DNA of 64,000 nt from Candidatus Dormiibacterota bacterium (GTDB lineage: Bacteria; Chloroflexota; Dormibacteria; Aeolococcales; Bog-877), in NCBI GenBank assembly GCA_027319585.1, contig DAHVMY010000001.1:6192-70191 (forward strand), given 5' to 3'. Of the stretch, positions 37,434 to 46,828 are shown one piece after another. The notes beneath the pieces are model-generated. The model saw only the letters and a program-made list of their open reading frames with translations, was not told where the DNA came from and made no database searches. Numbering within the stretch: the stretch's first letter is position 1; each line of letters begins with the position of its first letter. The position numbers and the translations under genes are program-made.

Positions 37434-38327
37434 TCAGGCGCTGACCGGCTCCCAGCGGTAGGGGGTGGTGGTGCAGACGGCGACCAGTCCGAGCCGCTCC
37501 AGAATGGGGCGGCTGGTGGGTAGCGCGTCGACCTGGAGCAGGGAGAAGCCGCGGGCCGCCGCCAGGCGGGCGCGCTGCACCACGAGCGCCCGGTACATGC
37601 CCTGGTGCCGCCATCTCGGGACCACCGATCCCCCCCAGAGGGTGCCGAAGTCGGTCCCGGCCATTAACTCCAACCGCCCTGTGGCGACCAGCTCTCCAGC
37701 GACTTCGACGCCGAGCACGAAGACGTGATCGGGGAGGGCCCGTGCGGCCGCCTCACAGGCGGCCGCGTGATCGGTCTGGTCTTCTCCGAACGCCACAGAC
37801 AGCTGCTCGCCCAGACGGACAAAGTCCTTCCCGGGGGTCAGCGGGCGCAGCCGGGCGGATGACGTGAGCCCGGCGTGATGCCGGGCGATATCGGCGCTGG
37901 CTCCCACCAGCACGGTTTCCTCAGCCTCCCTGCGGAAGCCGAAGTCGGCTAGGACCTCCAGGAAGGAGCGGGGGTGGTCGTGAGACCAGGTCTTCCACTC
38001 GAAGGGCCGCCCCAGCCGGGAGAAGAACTCGACCTCAGCGCTCACCAGCCGGCGCCACTCCGACTCTCCGAGTCCCGCCAGGCCGGTTGCCATGACCATG
38101 CCACTGCCGTCCTCCATCACGGCGACGACGAGCGGCCCTTCGGCTGTGACCTGAACCCCCGGTGAGTTCAGATGGGCGCTGGGACCGCGCAGCTGGCGGT
38201 CGTACGCGCGCAGCAGCCGGCGACGTTCGGCCACGAGGTCACGCGAGCCGCCGGCCGGGTGCGGCGGCTCTGACTGGCCCCCGGCCGGCGGTATATGGGG
38301 GCCCTGGCTCCGGTCCCGGTTGGTCAC
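37434..38327 (-). CDS. GNAT family N-acetyltransferase
   Basis: VVPRWRHQGMYRALVVQRARLAAARGF acetyl-CoA-binding motif near the C-terminus. The start is uncertain: GTG 38327 is my choice, and the track ORF extends to 38498. Confidence 0.7.
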   Translation of the reverse strand: MTNRDRSQGPHIPPAGGQSEPPHPAGGSRDLVAERRRLLRAYDRQLRGPSAHLNSPGVQVTAEGPLVVAVMEDGSGMVMATGLAGLGESEWRRLVSAEVEFFSRLGRPFEWKTWSHDHPRSFLEVLADFGFRREAEETVLVGASADIARHHAGLTSSARLRPLTPGKDFVRLGEQLSVAFGEDQTDHAAACEAAARALPDHVFVLGVEVAGELVATGRLELMAGTDFGTLWGGSVVPRWRHQGMYRALVVQRARLAAARGFSLLQVDALPTSRPILERLGLVAVCTTTPYRWEPVSA

Positions 38328-38618
38328 GTCGCAGAGGTTACGCCGCTGGCTTCGGCGAGAGAAGGCGCGGGGTGCGGTGCGGATTCGCTCCCCCGGCTCC
38401 GCTTGACCGGTGTGGGTTGGGGTGCGGCTGTGTTCGGGGATAGAGCCGTGGCACCCCGCGGCAGGCCGGGCAGCTCCGAGCGCTCGGGCATTTCGCACCC
38501 GCCACGTTCCTGCAACTCGGCCCCTGGGCCACCGGCCCCTCCCTGCGTGACCTCTTGAGCGCAGGCCTGCCCGCCCAGTCTCGCAAGGTCCCCGAATCCG
38601 AGGAGTGGAGCATTCCAG

Positions 38619-39065
38619 TCACTCGGCACAATCGGGTTGGCCGTTGCCGGTTGCGATGAGGCGCTGGAGGGACTCGACCACGTAGAAGTTCCAGGCTCCA
38701 GCGCAGGCCTCATAACATTCGAGGTCGGGGGTCAGGCCCCGGTGGGTGAAGTGCACCTCGGTTGCACCATCCCCTGGCACGATCTCGAAGACGACGTCTG
38801 TGCCATCCCACTCCGTGGGCTGGGAGATGAAGTTGAGTTGCGAGTCGTCGACGTGCCAGACCACAAGCCGATCCGGGACCAGCTCGGTGATCGTCTGCCG
38901 GCTGGAGTGGAGATCCTGGTATCTGTAGGTGAAGGTCGCCCCCAGGACGTTGGTCGAACCCTCGACCGCGCCGGACCACCACGCTCGCACATCGTTGATC
39001 GCGGCGAAGACCGCCTCCGGCGGCTGGGTCACAGTGAAGCTGATCGTCAAGTCGTTGCTCGCCAC
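38619..39065 (-). CDS. SRPBCC superfamily protein (AHSA1/START-like)
   Basis: AVFAAINDVRAWWSG...FTYRY...VHFTHRGL pattern. GTG 39065 is preceded by GGGAGG at a 9-nt spacing. The track ORF starts at TTG 39101. Confidence 0.75.
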   Translation of the reverse strand: MASNDLTISFTVTQPPEAVFAAINDVRAWWSGAVEGSTNVLGATFTYRYQDLHSSRQTITELVPDRLVVWHVDDSQLNFISQPTEWDGTDVVFEIVPGDGATEVHFTHRGLTPDLECYEACAGAWNFYVVESLQRLIATGNGQPDCAE

Positions 39066-39091
39066 GTCCGTTGACCTCCCAATGGCGCTTG

Positions 39092-39097
39092 TATAAT
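39092..39097 (+). promoter_or_regulatory. Consensus -10 box (TATAAT) for the HxlR-family gene
   Basis: gcttgTATAATgcaag in the divergent intergenic region, 57 nt upstream of ATG 39154. Confidence 0.4.
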
Positions 39098-39118
39098 GCA
39101 AGTGATACTACACGTTCA

Positions 39119-39135
39119 ACTTGCCTGATGCAAGT
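39119..39135 (+). promoter_or_regulatory. Palindromic candidate operator ACTTGC-N5-GCAAGT
   Basis: Perfect 6-5-6 inverted repeat between the -10 box and the hxlR-like start codon. A further GCAAGT copy lies at 39098-39103. Confidence 0.4.
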
Positions 39136-39153
39136 ACCTGGAGTGAGGTGACC

Positions 39154-39714
39154 ATGCTCGGAAGGACCTATGACCGTCAGGTGTGCTCGATCGCTCGGAC
39201 CCTCGAGGTGGTCGGGGAGCGGTGGAGCCTCCTGATCGTCCGCGACGCGCTCTTCGCGCACGTGACCCGATTCAACGACTTCCAGCACAACCTCGGAGTG
39301 GCCACCAACGTCCTGACGACGCGGCTCGAGTCACTGGTGGCGGCAGGGGTGATGGAGCGCGGTAAGGGGGGGGGCCGGGCCGGCCAGGGCGAATACCTGC
39401 TGACGAACAAGGGACGTGACCTGGCGCCGGCCCTGATCGCCCTGACGGCCTGGGGCGACCGCTGGGCGAGTCCGGAAGGGCCGCCCATCCTCTACCACCA
39501 CGCGGGGTGCGGGGGCCGGATCCGCCAGCGCCTGGAATGCGCCGAGTGCGGGGACATTCCTGGGTCGGAGGTGGCGGTCCGACCCGGACCGGGAATGCCC
39601 GCTGAGTACCTGGCGAATCGCCGGCCGCGGCGGGCCTCACTTCCGGACGGACCGGCCGCACGTGGGGCGGGGGAATCCGTCCCCACAACGGGACCGGGCA
39701 ACCTGCCCTCCTGA
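39154..39714 (+). CDS. HxlR family transcriptional regulator with a Cys-rich C-terminal extension
   Basis: CSIARTLEVVGERWSLLIVRDAL winged helix, then HHAGCGGRIRQRLECAECG. GGAGTGAGG RBS. In the frame of ORF 39121. Confidence 0.82.
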   Translation: MLGRTYDRQVCSIARTLEVVGERWSLLIVRDALFAHVTRFNDFQHNLGVATNVLTTRLESLVAAGVMERGKGGGRAGQGEYLLTNKGRDLAPALIALTAWGDRWASPEGPPILYHHAGCGGRIRQRLECAECGDIPGSEVAVRPGPGMPAEYLANRRPRRASLPDGPAARGAGESVPTTGPGNLPS

Positions 39715-39896
39715 AGGGGCCGACCGAGTCACCGAACTCGCCCCGGGGGGGACCGGTGCCCCTCCAGGTGGCGCCCCCACCCGAAGACGGCGGCCGGGCG
39801 TGCCGTCCCCCAAGCAGCCGCGGTGGCTGAGGTTGGGTGGCTGGAGGTGGTTGAGATAAGATCTAGTGCGGTAGTCAAATTCGCATGCCCGCCGGA

Positions 39897-39932
39897 CGAC
39901 TTCCGGGTTCCCCTGGCGAGGGCCGGAAGTCG
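39897..39932 (+). promoter_or_regulatory. Perfect 10-bp stem hairpin in the rpsB 5' leader
   Basis: cgacttccgg (39897-39906) and ccggaagtcg (39923-39932) flank a 16-nt loop. The hairpin ends 41 nt before the rpsB ATG. Confidence 0.4.
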
Positions 39933-39973
39933 GGAGATGGTGGGCAGAGGTTGAACGCAAATGGAGGCACACC

Positions 39974-40852
39974 ATGCCCGTAGCCACGCTCACTGAGCTG
40001 CTGCAGAACGGGGTTCACTTCGGCCATCAGACCAGCCGGTGGAACCCCAAGATGCGGCCCTACATCTTCGCCAGCCGCGGGGGGATCCACATCATCGATG
40101 TGGCGCAGACCGTGGACCTGCTCGGCGAGGCCTGCCAATTCGCTCACGACACGGTCGCCCAGGGGGGGCAGATCCTGTTCGTCGGCACCAAGAAGCAGGC
40201 TCATGACACGATCGAGGAGGAGTGCGCGCGCTCAGGCCAGCCCTATGTGATCAACCGCTGGATGGGTGGGATGCTCACCAACTTCGAGGTGGTCAAGCTG
40301 CAGCTGAAGCGGCTGGCTGATCTCTCCGAGCAGAAGCAGCGCGATGGCTTCGCCGGCATGATCAAGAAGGAGCAGCGCCACCACGAGGATGACCTGGCCC
40401 GGCTGGTCCGCAACTTCGGCGGGATCACGAACATGAAGCGGTTGCCGGCGGCGCTGTTCGTGGTCGACCCCCACAAGGAGCGCCTGGCGGTCACCGAGGC
40501 GAACAAGCTGAACATCCCCATCATCGCCATCACCGACAGCAACTGCGATCCCGATGAGATCGCCTACGTGATCCCGGGCAATGACGACGCGATCCGGAGT
40601 GTGCGCCTGATCGTCAGCCGGATCACCGATGCCATCGTGAGCGGGTTGGAGGAGCGGCATCAGATCGAGCTGGCTCAGACCCAGGCCGCCGCGGAGCGGG
40701 CCGCACAGCTGCGGGCGGAGCAGGAGGCGGCCGCAGCCCAGGCTGAGCGGGAGGCGGCCGCTCGCGCCGAAGAGGAGGCGGCGGCCGAGGCGGGACCGGT
40801 GTCCGCGGAAGACCAGCCAGCTGCCAGCCCGGCGCAGGAGGTGGCGGAATGA
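39974..40852 (+). CDS. rpsB: 30S ribosomal protein S2
   Basis: LLQNGVHFGHQTSRWNPKM. Ala/Glu-rich C-terminal tail. Confidence 0.95.
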   Translation: MPVATLTELLQNGVHFGHQTSRWNPKMRPYIFASRGGIHIIDVAQTVDLLGEACQFAHDTVAQGGQILFVGTKKQAHDTIEEECARSGQPYVINRWMGGMLTNFEVVKLQLKRLADLSEQKQRDGFAGMIKKEQRHHEDDLARLVRNFGGITNMKRLPAALFVVDPHKERLAVTEANKLNIPIIAITDSNCDPDEIAYVIPGNDDAIRSVRLIVSRITDAIVSGLEERHQIELAQTQAAAERAAQLRAEQEAAAAQAEREAAARAEEEAAAEAGPVSAEDQPAASPAQEVAE

Positions 40853-41487
40853 CCCAGCCGATCACAGCGGATCTCGTGCGCCAGCTCCGAGAGCAGACTG
40901 GGGCGGGCATCATGGCGTGCAAGCAGGCTCTCACCGAGGCGGGCGGCGACTTCGAGGTGGCCCGCGACAAGCTGAGGGCCAAGGGACTGGCCTCGGCCGA
41001 GAAGCGCCGGGGGCGAGAGACCAAGGAGGGGCTCGTGGATGCCTACATCCACCCCGGTGGCCAGGTGGGCGTTCTCATCGAGGTGAACTGCGAAAGCGAC
41101 TTCGTCGCCCGCACCGATCAGTTCAAGGCTTTGGTGCACGACCTGGCGATCCAGGTGGCCGCCCAATCCCCCCGCTGGGTCACCAGGGAGCAGGTCCCCG
41201 CTTCGGAGCTGGAACGTGAGCGAGCCATCTATCGGGAGCAGGCCGCCCAGGAGGGTAAGGGCACCGCTCACCTGGATCAGATCGTGGAGGGCCGTCTGCG
41301 CAAGTTCTACGAGACCTTCTGTCTCTACGATCAGCCGTTCATCCGTGACGAGGGGGCCAAGGCCAGGCGGATCGAGCAGCTCATCCAGGAGACCGTGGCC
41401 GCGACCGGGGAGCACATCACCGTGGCCCGCTTCGTCAGGTTCCGGCTTGGGGAGCGGCCGGATGAGACCAGTTCGGATGGTGCCTGA
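40849..41487 (+). CDS. tsf: Elongation factor Ts
   Basis: ITADLVRQLREQTGAGIMACKQAL (UBA-like N-terminus). ATGA overlap with rpsB. Confidence 0.93.
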   Translation: MTQPITADLVRQLREQTGAGIMACKQALTEAGGDFEVARDKLRAKGLASAEKRRGRETKEGLVDAYIHPGGQVGVLIEVNCESDFVARTDQFKALVHDLAIQVAAQSPRWVTREQVPASELERERAIYREQAAQEGKGTAHLDQIVEGRLRKFYETFCLYDQPFIRDEGAKARRIEQLIQETVAATGEHITVARFVRFRLGERPDETSSDGA

Positions 41488-42259
41488 GGCCGCGCCGGTG
41501 GCCGAACTCGCGGCTGCCACTCTTGAGCCGGTGACACCTCGGTTCCGCCGCGTGGTCGTCAAGCTCAGCGGGGAGGCGCTGGTCGGCAACGGGGAGTTCG
41601 GGATCGACCCGGAGGTGCTTAGTCGAGTAGCGCTGGAGATCAAGAAGGCGCACGACATCGGAACCGAGATCGCGGTCATGATGGGGGGCGGGAACATCTT
41701 CCGAGGTCTGGCCGGAGCGCGCCGCGGGATGAACCGGGTGACCGCTGACCTGATGGGGATGTTGGGGACGGTGATCAACGGCTTGGCGCTGCGGGACGCG
41801 CTGGAGGCCCAGGGGATGCCGACCAGGGTGCAGACCGCCATCGAGATGCATCAGGTGGCGGAGCCCTACATCAGGGGGCGCGCGATCCGGCACCTGGAGA
41901 AGGGGCGGGTGGTGGTCTTTTGCGCCGGATCCGGCAACCCGTTCTTCACCACCGACACCCCCGCCGCCCTGCGGGCGGCGGAGATCGGCGCCGACATCCT
42001 GATCAAGGCGACCCGGGTCGACGGGATCTACAACGCCGATCCGGAACGGGATCCCAAGGCCGAGCGGTTTTCCACGATCTCGTACCTGGAGGTGCTCAAT
42101 CTCGGACTCCAGGTGATGGACAACACCGCGGTCACCCTGTGCATGGACAACCGCCTGCCGCTGCTGGTCCTCGACCTCTTCAAGCCCGGCAATCTGGCGG
42201 CCGCGGTGCGCGGGGAGCCGGTCGGCACCCTGGTCACCGACCAGCCGGGGATCCGATGA
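41477..42259 (+). CDS. pyrH: UMP kinase
   Basis: FRRVVVKLSGEAL and GGGNIFRG. I chose ATG 41477, in the frame of ORF 41216. Confidence 0.9.
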   Translation: MVPEAAPVAELAAATLEPVTPRFRRVVVKLSGEALVGNGEFGIDPEVLSRVALEIKKAHDIGTEIAVMMGGGNIFRGLAGARRGMNRVTADLMGMLGTVINGLALRDALEAQGMPTRVQTAIEMHQVAEPYIRGRAIRHLEKGRVVVFCAGSGNPFFTTDTPAALRAAEIGADILIKATRVDGIYNADPERDPKAERFSTISYLEVLNLGLQVMDNTAVTLCMDNRLPLLVLDLFKPGNLAAAVRGEPVGTLVTDQPGIR

Positions 42260-42813
42260 GCGACGACATTCTCAGGATCGCCGAGGACCGGATGGCCAAG
42301 AGTATCGAGGCGCTGCACCGGGAGCTCTCGACCATCCGGACCGGGAGGGCCAACCCGTCTCTCTTGGAGCACATCCAGGTGGAGGCGTACGAGACCCATG
42401 TGCCCATCAATCAGGTGGCCAGCCTGTCCGCCCCGGAGCCCCACCTGATCATGGTGCAGCCCTGGGACCGAAATCTGATCCAGGCCATCGAACGCGCGCT
42501 CCGGCGCAGTGACCTCGGGCTGAACCCCAGCAACGACGGCCAGGTGATCCGGGTGCCGGTGCCGCCCCTCACCGAGGAACGCCGCCGCGACTTCGTCAAG
42601 CTGGTCAAGCAGAGAGCGGAGGAGGCCCGGGTGGCGGTGCGCAACATCCGCCGCGACGACATGGAGCGGCTGCGTCATCTCGAGCACGAGGGCGAGCTGT
42701 CCGAGGATCAGGGGCAGCGGGCCCACGCCCAGCTGCAGAAGATCACGGACCGTTTCATCGAGCAGGTGGACGAGGTCGCCCACCGCAAGGAAGCCGAGCT
42801 GCTGGAGTTGTGA
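42256..42813 (+). CDS. frr: Ribosome recycling factor
   Basis: MSDDILRIAEDRMAKSIEALHRELSTIRTGRANPSLLEHIQVEAY. ATGA overlap with pyrH. Confidence 0.93.
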   Translation: MSDDILRIAEDRMAKSIEALHRELSTIRTGRANPSLLEHIQVEAYETHVPINQVASLSAPEPHLIMVQPWDRNLIQAIERALRRSDLGLNPSNDGQVIRVPVPPLTEERRRDFVKLVKQRAEEARVAVRNIRRDDMERLRHLEHEGELSEDQGQRAHAQLQKITDRFIEQVDEVAHRKEAELLEL

Positions 42814-42834
42814 GCGTCAGCCGAGGTCCAGCCG

Positions 42835-43545
42835 ATGGCTGAGGCAGCCTCCCTTCCCGTCCACATCGGGATCATCATGGATGGGAACGGCCGCTGGGCC
42901 AGGCAGCGCGGGCAGCGCCGCAGCGCGGGCCATCGGGCGGGCATCAAGGCGATCCGCCAGGTAATGAGTGCCGCCGATGAGGCGGGCGTGCACTGCCTGA
43001 CCCTCTACGCCTTCTCCACTGAGAACTGGTCGCGGCCACGCTATGAGGTGGCTACCCTGATGCGGCTCTTTGAGGAGACACTGCAGGAGGAGGTCGACGA
43101 GCTGCACCGCAACGGGGTCCGGATTCGCGTGATCGGCCGCCGAGGGCAGCTGTCGGCGCGACTGCGCCGCCTCGTAGCCGAGGCCGAGACGCGCACCGCG
43201 GAGAACGTCCGGGGCCAGCTCACCGTCGCCATCAACTACGGCGGCCGGGCGGAGATCGTCGATGCGGTGCGGGCGCTGGCCCACACGGGTGCCGACCTAA
43301 GAGAGCTGGATGAGGAGCAGCTGGCGAGCGCGCTCTACACCGCGGGTCTGCCGGATCCCGACCTCATCATCAGGACCGCCGGGGAGATGCGCACCAGCAA
43401 CTTCCTCATCTGGCAGGCCGCATACGCCGAGCTGTACGTCACCCAGACCCTGTGGCCGGACTTCTCCGCAGCCGACCTGCAGGCGGCGCTGGCCGACTAC
43501 GCCGCCCGGGTGAGGCGGTTCGGGGGGATACCTGAGGGCCGATGA
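42835..43545 (+). CDS. uppS: Undecaprenyl diphosphate synthase
   Basis: HIGIIMDGNGRWARQRG and RTSNFLIWQAAYAELY. Confidence 0.93.
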   Translation: MAEAASLPVHIGIIMDGNGRWARQRGQRRSAGHRAGIKAIRQVMSAADEAGVHCLTLYAFSTENWSRPRYEVATLMRLFEETLQEEVDELHRNGVRIRVIGRRGQLSARLRRLVAEAETRTAENVRGQLTVAINYGGRAEIVDAVRALAHTGADLRELDEEQLASALYTAGLPDPDLIIRTAGEMRTSNFLIWQAAYAELYVTQTLWPDFSAADLQAALADYAARVRRFGGIPEGR

Positions 43546-44354
43546 GGCTGCTCGTCCGCACCGTGAGTGGCGTGGCGCTGTTGGGCCTGTTGCTCCTGGC
43601 GCTCCATCTGGGTCTGACCGCGCTGGCGGTTCTGGTGGTCGCGATCATGGCCATCGGTCTGCTCGAATTTCGTCGGCTGTGGCGGGGTCAGCCTGTCGGA
43701 CCCTCGAGCTTGGTCCTCTTTCCGCTGGCCGGCTTCTGGCTGCTGCGCTATGCCTACCCCGAGGTGCCCACGGCCACGGTGGGCCTGCTGGCTGCGGCTC
43801 TCGCCGGGCTGGCCCTGGCCCTGTTCCAGCGCCACGAACGCCACCCGATGGCGGGTTGGGCGCTCGGCTTGGGCGGCGCGGTGTGGCTCGGGTACCTTCC
43901 GGGCTGCATTCTGCTGCTGTACCAGGCGGGCGGCACCTCGGGGCGGGGGATGGCCCTGGTCCTGCTGGCGGTCGGGGTGTCGGTGCTCGGTGACAGCGCC
44001 GCTTACCTGATCGGGTCGTGGATCGGCAAGCACCCGTTTGCCCCCCGCGTCAGCCCCGCGAAGACCTGGGAGGGGGCGATCGCCGGGTGGCTGGTGCCCA
44101 CCCTGGTGGCTGGTGGCCTGCTGCCCCTGGTGCTGCCGGCTCTGCACCAGCCGGTCGCCTTGGCGATCGCCGCCGCGGCTTCGGCGGCCGCGATCGCGGG
44201 AGACCTGGTCGAGTCCCGCCTGAAGCGAGAGGTCGGGGCCAAGGACTCCGGCCGCCTCATCCCCGGGCATGGCGGGGTGCTGGATCGGATCGACAGCCTG
44301 CTGTTTGTGGCGGCCGTCGTATACTCGCTCTTGGGGGTCGCACACGCGTTCTGA
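43542..44354 (+). CDS. cdsA: Phosphatidate cytidylyltransferase
   Basis: SPAKTWEGAIAG and GDLVESRLKREVGAKDSGRLIPGHGGVLDRIDS. Confidence 0.92.
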   Translation: MRLLVRTVSGVALLGLLLLALHLGLTALAVLVVAIMAIGLLEFRRLWRGQPVGPSSLVLFPLAGFWLLRYAYPEVPTATVGLLAAALAGLALALFQRHERHPMAGWALGLGGAVWLGYLPGCILLLYQAGGTSGRGMALVLLAVGVSVLGDSAAYLIGSWIGKHPFAPRVSPAKTWEGAIAGWLVPTLVAGGLLPLVLPALHQPVALAIAAAASAAAIAGDLVESRLKREVGAKDSGRLIPGHGGVLDRIDSLLFVAAVVYSLLGVAHAF

Positions 44355-44417
44355 GATACTCGCCGTCAGGGAGTCCCCCTCGGGCCTACCGCCACGGCAT
44401 CCGCAACGGAGGCACCG

Positions 44418-45581
44418 ATGATGCCGGTCAACCGAGTGGTGGTGATCGGAGCCACCGGCTCCATCGGCCGGCAGGCGCTCGAGGTCATCAGCCGCTTCCC
44501 CAAGGAGTTTGAGCTGGTGGGAGCGGTCGGGGGTCGCCGGGCCGCCGTGCTCGCCGAGGCCCTGAAGCCGTTTCCCTCAGCCCGTGCGGTCATTGTGGAT
44601 CCGGCTGATGAGGTTCCCGAGGGGATGCTGATCGGGGTGGACGCCGCCTGCGAGCTGGTCGCCGGCGGGGCCGCGGACGTGATCCTGGTGGGTGGTGGTG
44701 GCGCCGGGGCGCTGCTGCCGACTCTGGCCGCGTGTGAGCAAGGTGGCGTGGTTGCGGTCGCCACCAAGGAGGTGCTGGTGATGGCGGGGGAGCTGGTGGC
44801 GGCGACCGCCGCCACCCATGGCACCACCATCCTGCCGGTTGACAGCGAGCACAGCGCGATCTGGCAATGTCTGCGCGGGGAGGAGAAGGACACGGTTGCG
44901 CGGCTTCTGCTCACCGCCAGCGGTGGGCCATTTCGGGCGACCCCGCTGGCGGAGATTCCAGGCGCCACCCGCGAGCAGGCGCTGGACCATCCCAACTGGC
45001 GGATGGGTCCCAAGATCACTGTCGACAGCGCCACCATGATGAACAAGGGGCTGGAGGTGATCGAGGCCCACTTCCTGTTCGATCTGCCCTATGAGGTAAT
45101 CGAGGTCGTGATCCATCCGCAGAGTGCCGTCCACTCCGCCGTCGAGTTCTGCGACGGGACTTTGATCGCCCAGCTGGGGATCCCGGACATGCGAGCTCCG
45201 ATCGCGCTGGCGTTGACCGGCGGCAGGCGGTTGCGCGGAGTCGTCGCACCGCTCCGGCTGGTGGAGGGAGCCAGGCTGGACTTCGAGCCGGTGGATATGC
45301 GGCGCTACCCGGCGCTGGGGGTGGCGCGTCGGGCGGCGGCCCGAGGAGGCGGGGTTCCGGCCGCCATGAACGCTGCCAACGAGGTGGCGGTGGCGGCGTT
45401 CCTCGCCGGTCAGATCCCCTTCGGAGCGATCGCGGAGGTCGTGGCGGAGGCCAGCGACTCCTTCCCGGCCCGGCCGGTGCGGTCGCTGCCGGAGATCCTG
45501 GACGCCGACGCGGCCGGGCGGAGCCTGGCCCGGGAGGTGATCGAGGCGCGCTCCCGCGCTCCCCTGAGGACCTTGGCTTGA
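44418..45581 (+). CDS. dxr: 1-deoxy-D-xylulose 5-phosphate reductoisomerase
   Basis: VVVIGATGSIGRQALEVI and LPVDSEHSAIWQCL. Confidence 0.94.
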   Translation: MMPVNRVVVIGATGSIGRQALEVISRFPKEFELVGAVGGRRAAVLAEALKPFPSARAVIVDPADEVPEGMLIGVDAACELVAGGAADVILVGGGGAGALLPTLAACEQGGVVAVATKEVLVMAGELVAATAATHGTTILPVDSEHSAIWQCLRGEEKDTVARLLLTASGGPFRATPLAEIPGATREQALDHPNWRMGPKITVDSATMMNKGLEVIEAHFLFDLPYEVIEVVIHPQSAVHSAVEFCDGTLIAQLGIPDMRAPIALALTGGRRLRGVVAPLRLVEGARLDFEPVDMRRYPALGVARRAAARGGGVPAAMNAANEVAVAAFLAGQIPFGAIAEVVAEASDSFPARPVRSLPEILDADAAGRSLAREVIEARSRAPLRTLA

Positions 45582-46828
45582 CCGGCTTTGTCCTCACCTG
45601 GCAGAGCGTCGGCGGGATCGCGCTGATGCTGCTGGTGGTTATCTCGATCCACGAGTTCGGACACTTTCTGGTGGCCAAGCGTGCGGGGATCCAGGTCGAC
45701 GAGTTCTCGATTGGCTTTGGACCCCGGCTGCTGAGCCGGCAAAGGGGTGAGACGCGCTACTCGTTGCGACTACTGCCCCTGGGGGGGTACGTGCGGATGG
45801 CGGGCATGACCGGTCTCGAGGCGCCGGAGAAGAGCGGCGGCGACCGCGCCTTCATCCGCGCCAGCGCCGGCCGACGGGCAGCCGTGATCGCGGCCGGCGG
45901 CCTCATGAACCTGGTGCTGGCAGGAGCCATCCTCTCGGGGCTGGCGGCCTTCGGGGGCCCACCGCCGGCGGTCCAGCCCGGCGGGGCGCTGGCTCACGCC
46001 GGTGTTCCCAGCGGCTATCAGATCACCGCGGTGGGACGCCACCGCACCACCTCGCTGACCACCATCAGGAACTTGATCCAGGCGGACGCGGGACACCCCC
46101 TCAGGGTGGGGCTGGCCCCCTGGGGGGGCGGTAGGACGCGCTCCTACACGGTTGTCCCCGAGCTCCACTGGATCGGGGTCGCCAAGAGCCCGAGCATCCC
46201 CTTCGAGGCGAGGATCGTGGCCATCAACGGGCAGCCGGTCCCCAGTGCCACGCCCGCCGATCTGGCGCGCAGGGTGCCCGGCACCGGCCCTGTGCGCGTC
46301 ACCTACCTGCAGGGGGGCAAGCGGCGGACCGCACTGGTGCCGCGCTCCCAGCTTCAGGTGGAGTGGCTGGTCGGCTACTACGGACCGAGCGGGAATCCCC
46401 TGCTGGCGAGTCTGGGAGGACCGCCGCAGCCCTGGTATCGGGCGCTGGGCACCGGCTTCACGGCGGTGCCGCTGCAGATTGGAGCCACCTTCGTGAACCT
46501 GTGGGCGCTGATCAGCCCCCATCACAACCCCAACCTGCGGCTGACGGGGCCCATCGGCATCGCCCAGGAGACCTCCATCGCGACCCAGATCTCCGGGGCG
46601 ATCTACCTCACGCTGTTCGCCCTGATCAGCCTGAACCTGGGCCTGATCAACCTGCTGCCGATCCCGTTCCTGGATGGCGGCCACCTCTTCTTCATCATCC
46701 TGGAGTGGATCCGACGGCGGCGCGTGAGCCCGCAGCTGGAAGCGACGGTCCATGCGGTTGGGTTAGCCTTGATAGTGATGCTCTTCATTTATGTGACCTA
46801 CGGCGACTTGACCCACCTGAGCGGATGA
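45578..46828 (+). CDS. rseP: RIP metalloprotease RseP (site-2 protease, M50)
   Basis: ISIHEFGHFLVAKRAG (HExxH) and NLLPIPFLDGGH. TTGA overlap with dxr. Confidence 0.92.
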   Translation: MTGFVLTWQSVGGIALMLLVVISIHEFGHFLVAKRAGIQVDEFSIGFGPRLLSRQRGETRYSLRLLPLGGYVRMAGMTGLEAPEKSGGDRAFIRASAGRRAAVIAAGGLMNLVLAGAILSGLAAFGGPPPAVQPGGALAHAGVPSGYQITAVGRHRTTSLTTIRNLIQADAGHPLRVGLAPWGGGRTRSYTVVPELHWIGVAKSPSIPFEARIVAINGQPVPSATPADLARRVPGTGPVRVTYLQGGKRRTALVPRSQLQVEWLVGYYGPSGNPLLASLGGPPQPWYRALGTGFTAVPLQIGATFVNLWALISPHHNPNLRLTGPIGIAQETSIATQISGAIYLTLFALISLNLGLINLLPIPFLDGGHLFFIILEWIRRRRVSPQLEATVHAVGLALIVMLFIYVTYGDLTHLSG

